Source: Vicugna vicugna
Taxonomy: Eukaryota
Direction of reading: 5' to 3'
Assembly: GCA_013265495.1 (NCBI GenBank)
Contig: MU061579.1
Span: 5,352,980-5,386,670, forward strand
Length of the DNA stretch: 33,691 bases
The notes under the pieces were generated by a model. The model was given only the letters and a program-made list of their open reading frames with translations. It made no database searches and was not told the origin of the DNA. Positions 12,960 through 24,050 of the stretch are shown piece by piece; within the stretch, counting starts at the first letter, position 1, and each line of letters opens with the position of its first letter. A program made the translations under genes and the position numbers.

Positions 12960-13438
12960 GACGGTGGCTTTTAATGAGACACTTTTTCGTCCAATTTGCT
13001 TTGACCAACGGACAATAATAAAACAGGATACAGAAAGAGACTTTTAAAGAGCTTGCACATTGGAACTTGGCCTGTCTCGCTACTCTGTGAATCTGTCTCG
13101 CTACTTGCACATTGGAACTGAACCTCTGAAGCCACCACATGAACTAGCCTGGGCTAGCATGTTGAATGCTGAGAAAGAGGTGACCCAATAATTTACATCT
13201 TCCATGCTGGCATCCAGACAGCAGCCAGACAAATGAGTGTGGTTTCCTGGGACCAGACAGCAACCTGTCCACTGACTGTAGGAACATGAGTAACACCAGC
13301 TGAGTCTGGCTCAGATTAGAAGAACCACACAGCTGAGTCCAGACCAGTGCCAACCTGCAGAATTATGAGATAAATAAATAGTTGATATTTTAGCCATTAT
13401 ATTTTGTGGTTTTTTGCACAGGAACAGATAACTGATGT
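12960..13438 (+). mobile_element. MaLR solo LTR (MLT1G/H-like), 5' end indistinct
   Basis: Motifs ttgctttgaccaa, gcttgcacattgg, gcctgggctagc, gaagaaccacacagctgag, cagaattatgagataaataaat (AATAAA), ttttagccatt and terminal gataactgat typical of MLT1 LTRs. Confidence 0.85.
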
Positions 13439-13484
13439 TATCTCTTAGAATATTTTAATAAATATACTAATTGAAGACAAAAAT

Positions 13485-13570
13485 ATGGAGGGAAAAAGAG
13501 AAAGGAAAAGAAGCAATGAAGGAGAGAAGAAAGAGAGGGAAGGAGAAAAGAGGAATTAGGAAGAAGGCAG
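13485..13570. repeat. GA-rich purine low-complexity tract
   Basis: ggagggaaaaagagaaaggaaaagaagc...gaagaaggcagg. It explains ORFs 13467-13787 and 13471-13707. Confidence 0.75.
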
Positions 13571-15419
13571 GATTTCTGTCCTGGATCTTGACATTTTCCC
13601 AAGGATTAGCAGAAGAACACTTATTTGCCATCATTTTATCATCACTCAATAAATTAGCATTCCAATGTAGAAATGCCAGATATATTAATTTGAGGGGGTG
13701 GAGATGATAGCTGGGGGAGAAAAAAACTCCCCAAGAGCACCTTGGAAAGGCTTTTGTCTTAAATACACCAAGAACATGATTTAACATTTAAGAGTATTTT
13801 ATTATCATTAATTAGCATAGGTAACTTACTCCATCCATCTAAGAACTCATTGGCAAAACTTAACGTCATGGTAATAATGAAAAGAGCAGTATGCCAATTG
13901 GTATATTATTAATCTTGAAGAGAGCAGGGAGATTTGAATAGGAAAGAGGAACTGTACTGGCACTCGTGTGTACATATTCCTGAATTAGTATTAGATATAT
14001 TGCAACTTTTTCCAGGGCAACATGGCATTATAGAAGAATAAATAGGAGATTTGTATAACTCCACACTGTATTTTGTAAACAACTGTTTATTCTTTCTTCA
14101 CACCAACAAAATTACATTTTCTGGCTTTAAGTTATAAACTCAAAGTAGATGTAACGTGTCTTGGTAAACTAAAAGAAAAACTGAGAATGACACCTGGTTT
14201 GTAGTCAGAATTTAAAAATTGCAAAGCACAGAAACTATTAATTTTTAACAGTGGCTTTTCTCTTGGGATAATGGGTCATTGTAAATGGAATATCAGTCAT
14301 ATTTTTGCACTTCTCTGTTGCTACTTACGGTCCTAGCCTCAATCTGAAAAAAAAGTTTTTCAAAATTCTATAAAATGTCAACATATACCAGCTATATGTA
14401 AAAAGTAACTTTTCAACAGATGTGTTAGAATTTATACTGTCAAATTAGTATCTACTTTTGAATGAGAAGGCTGTCAATGAGTATCTACTTACATGAGAAG
14501 ACTATATAATTATGTTAGTAATGTTGCTGTTCTTTATAATAGGTGCTATTTAGAATTGTCTCTAGAGCTCCAGGTTCAGGTTCTGTAATCTTACCTGCTT
14601 GCTAGAGAAACAAAGCTTCTATGCTGCATACGCCCATGTCAGTGAACATGTGCTGTCCACACTGTTGGGGCTGATGTTCAAAAACACTGCAGGGATGGCA
14701 ACCATACAGTAAACAGGCCCGTTGGGCAGTAGGAATATGTGGCTTGCCTCGGGGACAGGCTCTCTGAGATGCTTTCAACAGAAGTAGAAAGTGCTACTAA
14801 CACTGCATACCCATGATCCCACTCACCTGTGTCCATTCGCCCCAATCGAAAGCACTGACAGTGGTGATGGTTTCTCTCTGACAACAAGCCATCGATTAGG
14901 TTCTGCACAGTTCCTACTTGGATCCTTTATATTTTGAATTCATATTCACCTTCTAGCTTTCCCTCTATGTGCCACATTCACACACATAAAAGACAAATTT
15001 ACTCCTAGTGAAATATAAATAATATAATGATTTGATGATATGACCATTCACATGTTCATATCTAATCTCTAAAAAAAAGCACCATAGATCAGAAACCAAA
15101 ATAATCCTTAAAATACATAATAATGGAAAGAGCAATCTATTAATCATGGAATGTAAAGCCATATATTTTGAAATTTGTAAAAATTAGCATCTATAAAAGT
15201 TATAAGCTGGGCAGTGTTCAAAAGAAAATTAGTGAATTGGGAGTAGATACAGTGAAATTTACCCAGAATTCAAGATAGAGTTAGGGTATTTTTTTAAATT
15301 ATACGAGACTTCTATACAAATATTGTGTCATTACAAATAATTAAATGAGATGATACATCATCATGATTGACAGGAAAACCAAAAAAAAATCTTAATGATA
15401 AAGTAATAAAACAGCAGCA

Positions 15420-15600
15420 ATAATGACAATATTATTATGTACTTGTCATATAACAGGCCTTGTTCTAAGTGCTTTATGCATATTTATTAAAAAAAACAAG
15501 TTTACATTATGTACTGTTATTATACTCATTTTAAAAATGGGAAAACTGCTGCAGAGACATGTATACACAGCTAGAAGGAGTAGAATTTGTTTATACGTTC
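15420..15600 (-). mobile_element. MIR SINE fragment
   Basis: tgttctaagtgcttta...tactgttattatactcattttaaaaatgggaaaactg...acacagctag resembles the antisense MIR core. Confidence 0.7.
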
Positions 15601-15729
15601 ACTAGTCCTCATGATGTTAGTAGTATACCATTCCACCTCCTTACAAATATGTCAAGGCTTCTCCAAATTAACTTATGTAATAATTTACTTATAATACAAA
15701 ATGACCCTTTCCTTTGCTTTTTAAAAATT

Positions 15730-17665
15730 TATTTAATGAACTTGACAATTGACCTCTAAATTTCACATTAGAGAATCAAGGTAAATTTAAAAGCAAAGGC
15801 AACTTGTATAAAAGACTAAGAAAGGGTAGTGTCTTAACATTATCTTATATTGGGATTTATTTTATGTTAGGATTTGCTTTGCCTTTATCGGCACTAGTAG
15901 ATTCAACCACATTTCCCAGGCCACCTTACCCGCTGGCTTCAGGATCGTGGGTGGCACCCCAGAAGAGTAAACAGTGAGAGACAGGGAGGTGTTGGATTAT
16001 TTCTGCTCCTTTCTCTCTACTTCCAGGCAGCCTCTCTTGCAGAAGCTGCATCTTTTTTGACATTCTAGTTACATCCAGGCCAAATCTTTCCTGCCGTCTT
16101 ACCCACAGGACCTCGCAAACACCGACTCTTTCATGGCTCCTTCCAGTCCTGGGGGCTGCAGTGCCTTCCTGCTGTTGCTAAACATTGGGTAGCCTCGCCT
16201 TCCCCTTCTGCCCTTTCAGTTGTGCCACCTTTACAAATAATTCCCATATTAAATTCACTGTGCTGGACTCTTTGGCAGAGCTTTTGTTGTCTTGATCAAA
16301 CCCCGGATCATACAGCAATATTAATGAAAACATTATGATACTGGCCTAGATATATACAAATTGACAGAAAAACCCCACATCTACGTGAATATTTGTGACA
16401 TAGTTGGCTTTTTTAATCAGTCAGGAAAACCTTGACTGTATAATAATTTCCTTTGGAAGCAATTAATTCATCACATGCAGAAGGGAAAGTATGAAATTAG
16501 TTTGACCTAACACTACACATAAATATTTTCTAATACATTAAAGACAGAATAATAAAATAAAAATTTAACATTGTTAAAAATATAGAGAGAAATATGTTTG
16601 TTAAGTAAAAAAAAATAAGATTTTCTCCAATAGGACACTCAATTCAAAAAATTTAAAAATGGGATTGATAAAATTGCTAATATTAACAGTTCATTATGAC
16701 AAACGTACACAAATTTAAAAAATAAAATGAAAAAGTATTTGAAAGATTTTGATATCAATTATATATAAAGAATATCTAAAATGTATTAACAAAAGACAGT
16801 TCATTAGAAAAAAAGCAGAAAATTGTGTGCAGTCAGTTCACAAAAAAAGTGATTTGGATGGCCAATAAATATGTGAAATATGTTTCTTCTGCCAGTAATC
16901 TAGAATATACAAATTAAAAGGAAAATGAGATAATTTTTCAAATTTAACAAAATTATACAAAATGTTTTTAAACATTTCCTACTGGCAAAATAGGAAGAAA
17001 TGCAAAATAGGACACTTGTATTTTTGCTGATGAGATGCAAATTGTTAGAACACTTTGGAATGGGCTTCAGAAATAATTAACAAAACTAAAGACATGCATA
17101 ACCTAAGACCTAGAAATTACACAGTATGCATGAAATCCAAAGAAAACTTTTACACTTAAACAAGGAAATATGCAAAAGTTCATATGACAAGGTTGTAATG
17201 GAGAATTGGAAACATTTGCTATTTATACCAGTGGAACAATGCAAATAGGTTTAAAGTGTGTATGTGTGAGTGTGTTCTGTATAGCAGTAAAAATTAATGA
17301 CTAAATCTATATAAACCTGGGTTGATATTTAAAAAAAGAATTGAATAAAAAAGGCAAAGTACAAAATATATATTCACATGATAGCAATAAGGGAAATTTT
17401 AAGAAGACAATACAGTATATTTTTACACTATACATGTATAGTAAATACATAAAAACAATATTAGGAAGGTATATACATTAAATTTAGGATGCTGCTAAAA
17501 GTTGGGTTGGACAGAGAGGAAGTGGGATAATGATCAGAACAAAGGAGACTTTTTTGTATGGATCCTCATTTCTTTTTAAAATTATATGGGGAAATACAGA
17601 AGTTTTAATATTTTAACAATATCTATGCTCTTGGCATACATGATGTATAATAAAATTTAACTTAA
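15730..17665 (+). mobile_element. Ancient LINE-1 (L1ME-like) ORF2 3' portion and 3' UTR, split by an LTR at 15865-16314
   Basis: A-rich with recognisable ORF2 landmarks in order: ttgacaa..tctaaatttcac, aaaacattatgatactggc, atggccaataaatatgtgaaa, gctgatgagatgcaaattg, gacctagaaatt. Very diverged. Confidence 0.7.
15865..16314 (+). mobile_element. ERVL-class solo LTR (LTR33-like)
   Basis: Begins TGTTAG and ends ATACA. GC-richer than its flanks, with ttcctgctgttgcta, ccacctttacaaataattcccatATTAAA and ccccggatcataca resembling LTR33-type 3' ends. L1 sequence continues on both sides. TSD not readable. Confidence 0.7.
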
Positions 17666-19769
17666 AAGTTATTAAGTATACCTTATACATAACCTGTGTT
17701 ATAGAAACAAAATTAGAAAAATTAAATTCAAAATTCGTTTGGATTTTTAATAAATTTCTGAGTAACATGATCATGAATAAGTATTAACTTCTTTATGTTT
17801 CCTCTACTTTATAATGTTAAAATAGTATTATATCGTTTTTAACAATAAACAATGATTTATTTTACAAACACTATATAAGTTAATTATCTCAAATGGCATT
17901 AATGGATATTTGACACTACTTTTACACTAAATAATATTAACATTGTTTGCTTTCTATATATTTTAATACAGTTTCAAATTAGTAAACTATATCTATATTA
18001 TACACATAAATAGTTTAATGGATTGGTATAAACTACTCTTTTGATTTTTTTGTACAAATTAATAGATTTACTTACAGAATAAGTTCTTTGCAAAAATGGT
18101 GGATAGCAACGTTCAAATACAGTGGCACATTCAAGTTGAATCATTAATCTGTCTTGCTTTCAATATAATATTTTCTTCTAATTATACATATATTTTATAT
18201 GATGACACTTTGATAGCAATATTAAAATTTAATGCTTGGTAGATTTTGGCAAATTAGATACTTTTAGCTATTGGGCAGTTATGAATAGAGTTACAAAACT
18301 CCTTTACAGATAAAAATGGCATGTTTGTAGGAATAATAAAGTAAATGTGTTTTTGTTATGCTGGGGACTATGACAAAAATATGTGCCAGTCTAAATGATT
18401 TGGTATCTCTTTTCCTTCTAGGTTTTAATAAATTATCAAAACAGACTATACTTTGTAGCATTTTCTGAAAATAAATCTATTTCTAACATATTTCTGAATT
18501 AATTTGAATAGATTTTGTGCAGAGGAAGTAATTTTACACTGAAATGAGTTGCATTGAATAACAACACCACATACAGATGCCCTCTCTAATTATAATATTT
18601 TTCTCTAGAATCTTAATTCAACAAACTCTCCTATTAAAGCAATTGCCCAAGTAACACTTTTATCTTTTTTGTTTGTTTCTATTAATGTTAAAGAGAAACT
18701 TTCATTGGTCTTTACTTTCATCGTTTGAAGTTAATCATTTCAAAAATTATCATCCAAATGTTTATTTTTGGCCTGGTAAACTGAAACTGAAATATTTACT
18801 TTGAATCTATCTTACCACTGTTTATTCTGGTTTCCAGTTCTTATATCTGATGAGCAGACAAGTAACACGAAGCAAAATATAACTAAGATTTGGTTTCCCG
18901 AAAAGTAACCGTAAAATGCTTCCTCTAGTCGGATACCATGCTTAGAAAGTGTGGAGTCAGAAAAGAACATACAAACTTGGTTCCTACCCTATTTTTCAGT
19001 GAGGCTGTCAGTCTAGTGGATACCACCTGTTTTTAAATACATTGTAAAAAATAATTTAAAACAAAATGTTTCATCTCTCCATAGAAATGGAGTTCAGAAC
19101 CCTAACCACAAGACCATCATTTGAAATGATTAATAGAAACAATTGAAATGATAGATGGTATTTTAAAAGCAACTTATCAATTATTACTCAAAAATAAACT
19201 GTGAAATGTTTTATTTAAGCTTTTCATCTTTACTATACCAAGATTAGTTGTTGGGTTGTTTGTTTTTTAAAGAAAGATAAAAGATAATGACAGTAAAAGG
19301 GGGGAAAAGGACTTCAGCAAGCTTGAGTCAAATGACTTAGCGATTTAGCTCAAATGTGCAAATTATTTTAGACTCAGAAAAAAATTACTCATCATTTGCA
19401 TATTTAAATTTAGTATTCACATTCTTTTACAATAATGCTGTGATGAAAATTAATTCTCACATGTATATGGAGCATAAATAAATGTGCATATAATATGCGT
19501 CTAATGACTAAATGAAATGGTTCATATCTATAGTATATACACACATAGAGCTATATACGTACACTTGTCGATGGAGAGAGAGACAGTTATCTTTGTATCA
19601 TTTTGATACGTGACTATTCTCCAAAAAGGGAAAAGAGCTAAGAATATTTTTGTAACAGTAATTTTAAGGAGGATATGTGAATGAAAGTGATATTCAGACA
19701 TTCAAACTCTTGGAAAACAAACAGACGATAGACATGTGATGAGGTTAACATTTAGAATTAATATAGAGT

Positions 19770-19855
19770 GCAGTATAGCTTCAGTGTGAATGTTCCAGTT
19801 ATCAAACCACTCTAAGCCTTTTTTCCTTGCCTGTAATCTGTAGATGATAAACTAA
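19770..19855 (+). mobile_element. MIR core fragment
   Basis: aaccactctaagccttttttccttgcctgtaa...gatgataa resembles the MIR core. Confidence 0.45.
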
Positions 19856-19859
19856 ATTC

Positions 19860-20005
19860 TCTCTAGAATGTAAAATCTAGGTGATAGGTATCTGGTTATA
19901 TTCAAAACAAAGGTCTGCAGCCCAGACCTAGAACACAGCCTTGCATTTACGCATTGTTGAATACACATTGTTGAATAAATAAAAATCAATGAATCAGTCA
20001 ATCAG
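19860..20005 (+). mobile_element. LINE-2 3' end
   Basis: ctagaatgtaa...cctagaacacagcct...ttgttgaataaat...aatgaat is typical of the L2 terminus. It includes a small duplication of cattgttgaata. Confidence 0.6.
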
Positions 20006-20289
20006 TGGGTGCTTTTCACAGAGAAGTTTTGAAATTGGTCTTAACCACTTTGCTTAAGCATATAATACGTACCCACTAAACAGAATTTCCATTATAATCC
20101 TTCTTATCACCAATAATAATACAGATTTTCTATGCCTATATCATAATCAACATAGGGTTTATACAATTGGAGGTCATGCCCTTTTCCTTGATAAGTTTTG
20201 TGGAATTTTCCATTTTAAATTGGTTTTAAATTATAGTCAAAGCCTAATGTAAATAGAGACTTTTATTTGATAGTGTATGTGAGGCGCAG

Positions 20290-21200
20290 GTAGAGTGATG
20301 ACGTGAATCAATGTGGACAGAAAATGAAATAAAAGGTAAACCAAAAGATTAGCTTCACTGTTTGAAACATTCCTTAGGATAAAATGATAAATCTATATAA
20401 AATAAGTCTGCACAGAACATTTTCTAATGGCAAGTTAAGGAGTCTAGATCTTTTATCATGTAATCAGTAGTGATTCTTAAGCTGATGGCAATATGATAAA
20501 TCTGTTATTATAACAAGAATAGTCTGGTGCAGAAGTAATAAAATTTTTCAGGTTTTAAAGCAATTTGACATCTTCTGTCAAAATATTGGTATCTGGCTTG
20601 CTTTTTTACCTCAACAATATCACTGCAGAGAATTTATACTTTGGAAATCTTCTGCTCAAAATTTAAACTGTTAGATATAGTCAAAGCATTGCTTAAATTG
20701 CTGAATCATTTAAATCACCTAATAATGAGAATTATTAATCAGATTATGGTATGTCCAATCGGTAGACTGATTTGTGGTCATTATAAAGATATGAGGGAGG
20801 GTGCTTTAATGAAAAAAATGATCGTGAACATAGAGGGGAATTAGAAAATATTGGCTTTAGTGCCTCTATAATTTCTATGAAAAGTGTGTTCCTACCTTTA
20901 TGCTCTTCATAGCACAAATGTTCATAGAAGAGAGTCTGGAAATAATAATACACACATGTAAGAAATTTATCTGTACTTTTTAGATTTTCTGGTTCAAATA
21001 TTCTTTGCCTTTATAAATTTTTTTAAAGAAACATTTTGAAAGGAAATATCAAGCAACAGTATACAAGGTAGAATCTGATAAACCAAAAATTGAACTGGGT
21101 GCTGGAACAAAGGGAAGGTGAGTGTGCAAGGATGTAGCTATGACAGAGTTTCGAGTTCTGTTGATCCACTGATGAGTTGCTAAGTTGAGACAAAAGTTGC
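20290..21200. mobile_element. Degraded composite: antisense L2 pieces (about 20290-20540 and 21040-21200) around a probable sense L1ME-like fragment (about 20560-21030)
   Basis: gttaaggagtctagatctttt (L2-like), and tcaaagcattgctt...gattatggtat (L1 ORF2 end-like). Weak similarity. Confidence 0.35.
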
Positions 21201-22645
21201 TGTAGAAGTTTTGCAAATACTTCATTGTTGTTTTTATGGTTGTTCGTGTTGTTGGAGATGTTTTGGTCAGTAATTCTTTATGAAGACAGTTTAAATTTCA
21301 AGTAACAGATAAATATTTGATGAAACCCTATGTGTGCAACAAAAAATATTTTGTCTATATGAATTAATACATATTTACATACTGGGTTTTTAGAATAGTT
21401 TATTTTGTTTGTATATACTCTTGGTTCAGAAAGATTTGGGGCTTAATATAGAGACACATGAGGTATAATTTAACATAAATTAAAATAACAAAGATAAGTA
21501 AATAGTGTAGGACCATATCATGTCATAGCATGAGGATACAATACAATATGATACAAGCATATATACTTGTGATGGTTAGAACGCAAGTTTTCTTTTTACT
21601 ACTCCATGAATCCCATCAGTGAAAAGAATTCAGGTTAATTGCAAAGTATCTAATGCCTTAAATATCAAATTCTAGTTACCTTAGAGACTTAATATTAGAC
21701 AACTTTTTACCTATAAGTAATCATAAAAATCAAATTATGTAATATAATTAACACCATCTTCAACAGTATTCCCTACAGTGGATCAAACAAGAATTTTGCA
21801 GATCTGTTTCCTATAGCCCTTTTTTGAAAGGGACTCTGGTGTGCAATTCAGCAACGTCGGTTCATTTTGTGTGTGTTGAGGGAATTGTGGTGACAGAGCA
21901 ACAGTAAAATGTTAAAAGGTCCACATATACTTTTCCTGCTTATATGGATTTCAATGTTAATTTTAGAGAATTGAGTAGAATAGATTTTCTTTTGTATATT
22001 GTTTAAATTGTACTTTTGAAGGTGGATGGTTTTGAACATTGTACCAAGATGGAAACTATTATGCATTGCCCATTAAATGTAGACCCAAACACCTTATAGT
22101 ACTCAATAAAACATAAAAAATTTGCATATTGTGAAAAGAGAGTGAGAAAAATTTATTAGAAAATAGCTAGTTCATTACCTACCTTGACATATTACTTGGT
22201 AACTTGGCCATTTCAATCCCTGGTATTATGACTATTATCAGTCGACATTGTATTAGATATTTCATATTTAGGTGATTGAAATGTAGTGTGACAGGAAGAA
22301 TTATTTAAATGTATACATAGTGATAGCAAAAATATTATCTATTTTAGGGATGGTAAAAAAGAAACAATGCAAGAGATTTAATTATTAACATAATCTTTAG
22401 GAATCTAATATGATTCCTTGCTACATTTTAGTTTTCATGAATACTTGTATTCATATATTTAAATATGTATGTTTTGGTTATTCGCTTACTTATTTATTTG
22501 TTTTTATGCCATTGTGCAGATATGAACAACATTTATGTTTTAGTAAGGCTCCCATATTGATTACAGCAATGATAATCTGAAGCCAGTTATCTTAATTTCA
22601 AGAAGTAATGTGTTTAACTATAGTTAATATAGCTGTAGTCTATAT

Positions 22646-22855
22646 TTGTGGTTTTCAGCCAGGAGCAGTTTTGTCCCCTTGGGGATATTTGGTAATGCTT
22701 GGCAACATTTTTGATTCTTATAAACAGGGAAGGAGATCCTGGCATCTAGTGAGTAAAGCTAGGGATGTTGCTAAAAATCCTGTAGTACAGGAAAGGCCCG
22801 CCCAACAAACAGTCCTCTGGCCCAAAATACCAAAAATGCCATGGTTGAGAAACTG
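22646..22855 (+). mobile_element. MER20 (hAT-Charlie DNA transposon)
   Basis: Collinear with recalled MER20 consensus: gtggttttcagcc...ttttgtccc...ctggcatctagtgagta...agggatgttgctaaa...tggcccaaaat...ggttgagaaactg. Flanks gtctatat (22638-22645) and ctctatct (22856-22863) match 6/8 and fit the NTCTAGAN-type target. Confidence 0.92.
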
Positions 22856-22869
22856 CTCTATCTTTTCAT

Positions 22870-22990
22870 AGACGCGAGAATTTATAAGATGTGTACTTCT
22901 TGTGTCTTCAGTTCCTCGAACAGTGCATGACATTCAATAGAGGGTCAAAAGCTAACAGTAAGAAGAACAAATGGATAAATGAATGAATGG
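22870..22990 (+). mobile_element. LINE-2 3' end fragment
   Basis: gtgtcttcagttcctcgaacagtgcatgacat...aaatgaatgaatg (L2 terminal TGAA repeats). Confidence 0.55.
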
Positions 22991-23889
22991 GAAGTTTTAA
23001 AATTCACACATACATATTCCTAGATAATTGTACCTTTTTTCCCACAGACTATTAGTTACAGATATAATATAAATAAAACAAAAATTATATTTAGAAAAAC
23101 TTTTCAAGAATGATATTTTAAGAAATTAGTTTTATAATTTTTATTCAGAGGGAACATCTTTAAAAATCATGACATTCATGACAAAATGTAAATGAGTGAA
23201 AGAGATATATATATTAGCAACAATTAAAATACTGAAGTGGAAATTTTGTATTCAAATATTCCTGAACTTACCCTGTTTTCTCTCTGATAAAGACTTGTCC
23301 AAATAACCCTCATCTCTTTCTTCTCTGAACTTCTCTATCACTGTTAGTTACTGCCTCCCATGTTATTCTTTAATAGTATTTAGGATACACTCATATCTTA
23401 AGGAAGGGCAGCAAGTTTCATTAAGAAAGATACACATAGGCAGGCTAATGGAAAGAGTTTCTGACAATGCACTACAGAAAAAACATCATATCAACAGCTC
23501 AGTATTAGCGTAACTCCTCTTAATTTTCTGTAAAGAACATATACTTTAAATTTGACCATATCTTAGAATTACTCTGAGGGTTGCAAACTTAATGTGAAAA
23601 TCCCATTTCAACTGCATTCAGTATGTTCAATTCAGAAGTAATTGATTTTTCATCTTCACTTAGAAGCATAAAGCATGAGAGAAAATTTATGTATTGAAAT
23701 AAAACCAAAGAAGTGTACAGGAACCTATTGAAAAGCTTGATGGAAATTAAGATAGAAAATTTGAAGCATTAGTAACTGCTTTGGTTATGAAAGGCATCAT
23801 TTTGGAATCTATTGTTCATTTTTTTCACTGTGGGTAGTTAGTTCTAAAATCAGCTTTGTTCTTTTTTGTGGCATTTCATGTACTATAAC

Positions 23890-24050
23890 TATTATTTAAT
23901 TAATTTAACAGTGAGTTATTAAGCACTGTTTTTTTCAAATCCTTGTGATAGCTGCTTGGCAGAGGTGACGGAGTCAACAAAATAAGTGTTGTAAGCTCCC
24001 CCTGCCAATCAGCTTTTATTTCTAATGAGAGAAGCAGACACGTATGATAA
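23890..24050 (-). mobile_element. LINE-2 3' end fragment
   Basis: atttaacagtgagttattaagcact...aacaaaata...ttctaatgagagaagcagaca resembles the antisense L2 terminus. Confidence 0.5.

Noticed and set aside
13467..13787. Overlapping ORFs of 106 and 78 aa
   Set aside because: They are explained by a stop-poor GA-rich low-complexity tract.
18845..18905. CTGATGA as a hammerhead ribozyme core
   Set aside because: No stem II closing onto GAAA and no compatible stems I or III.
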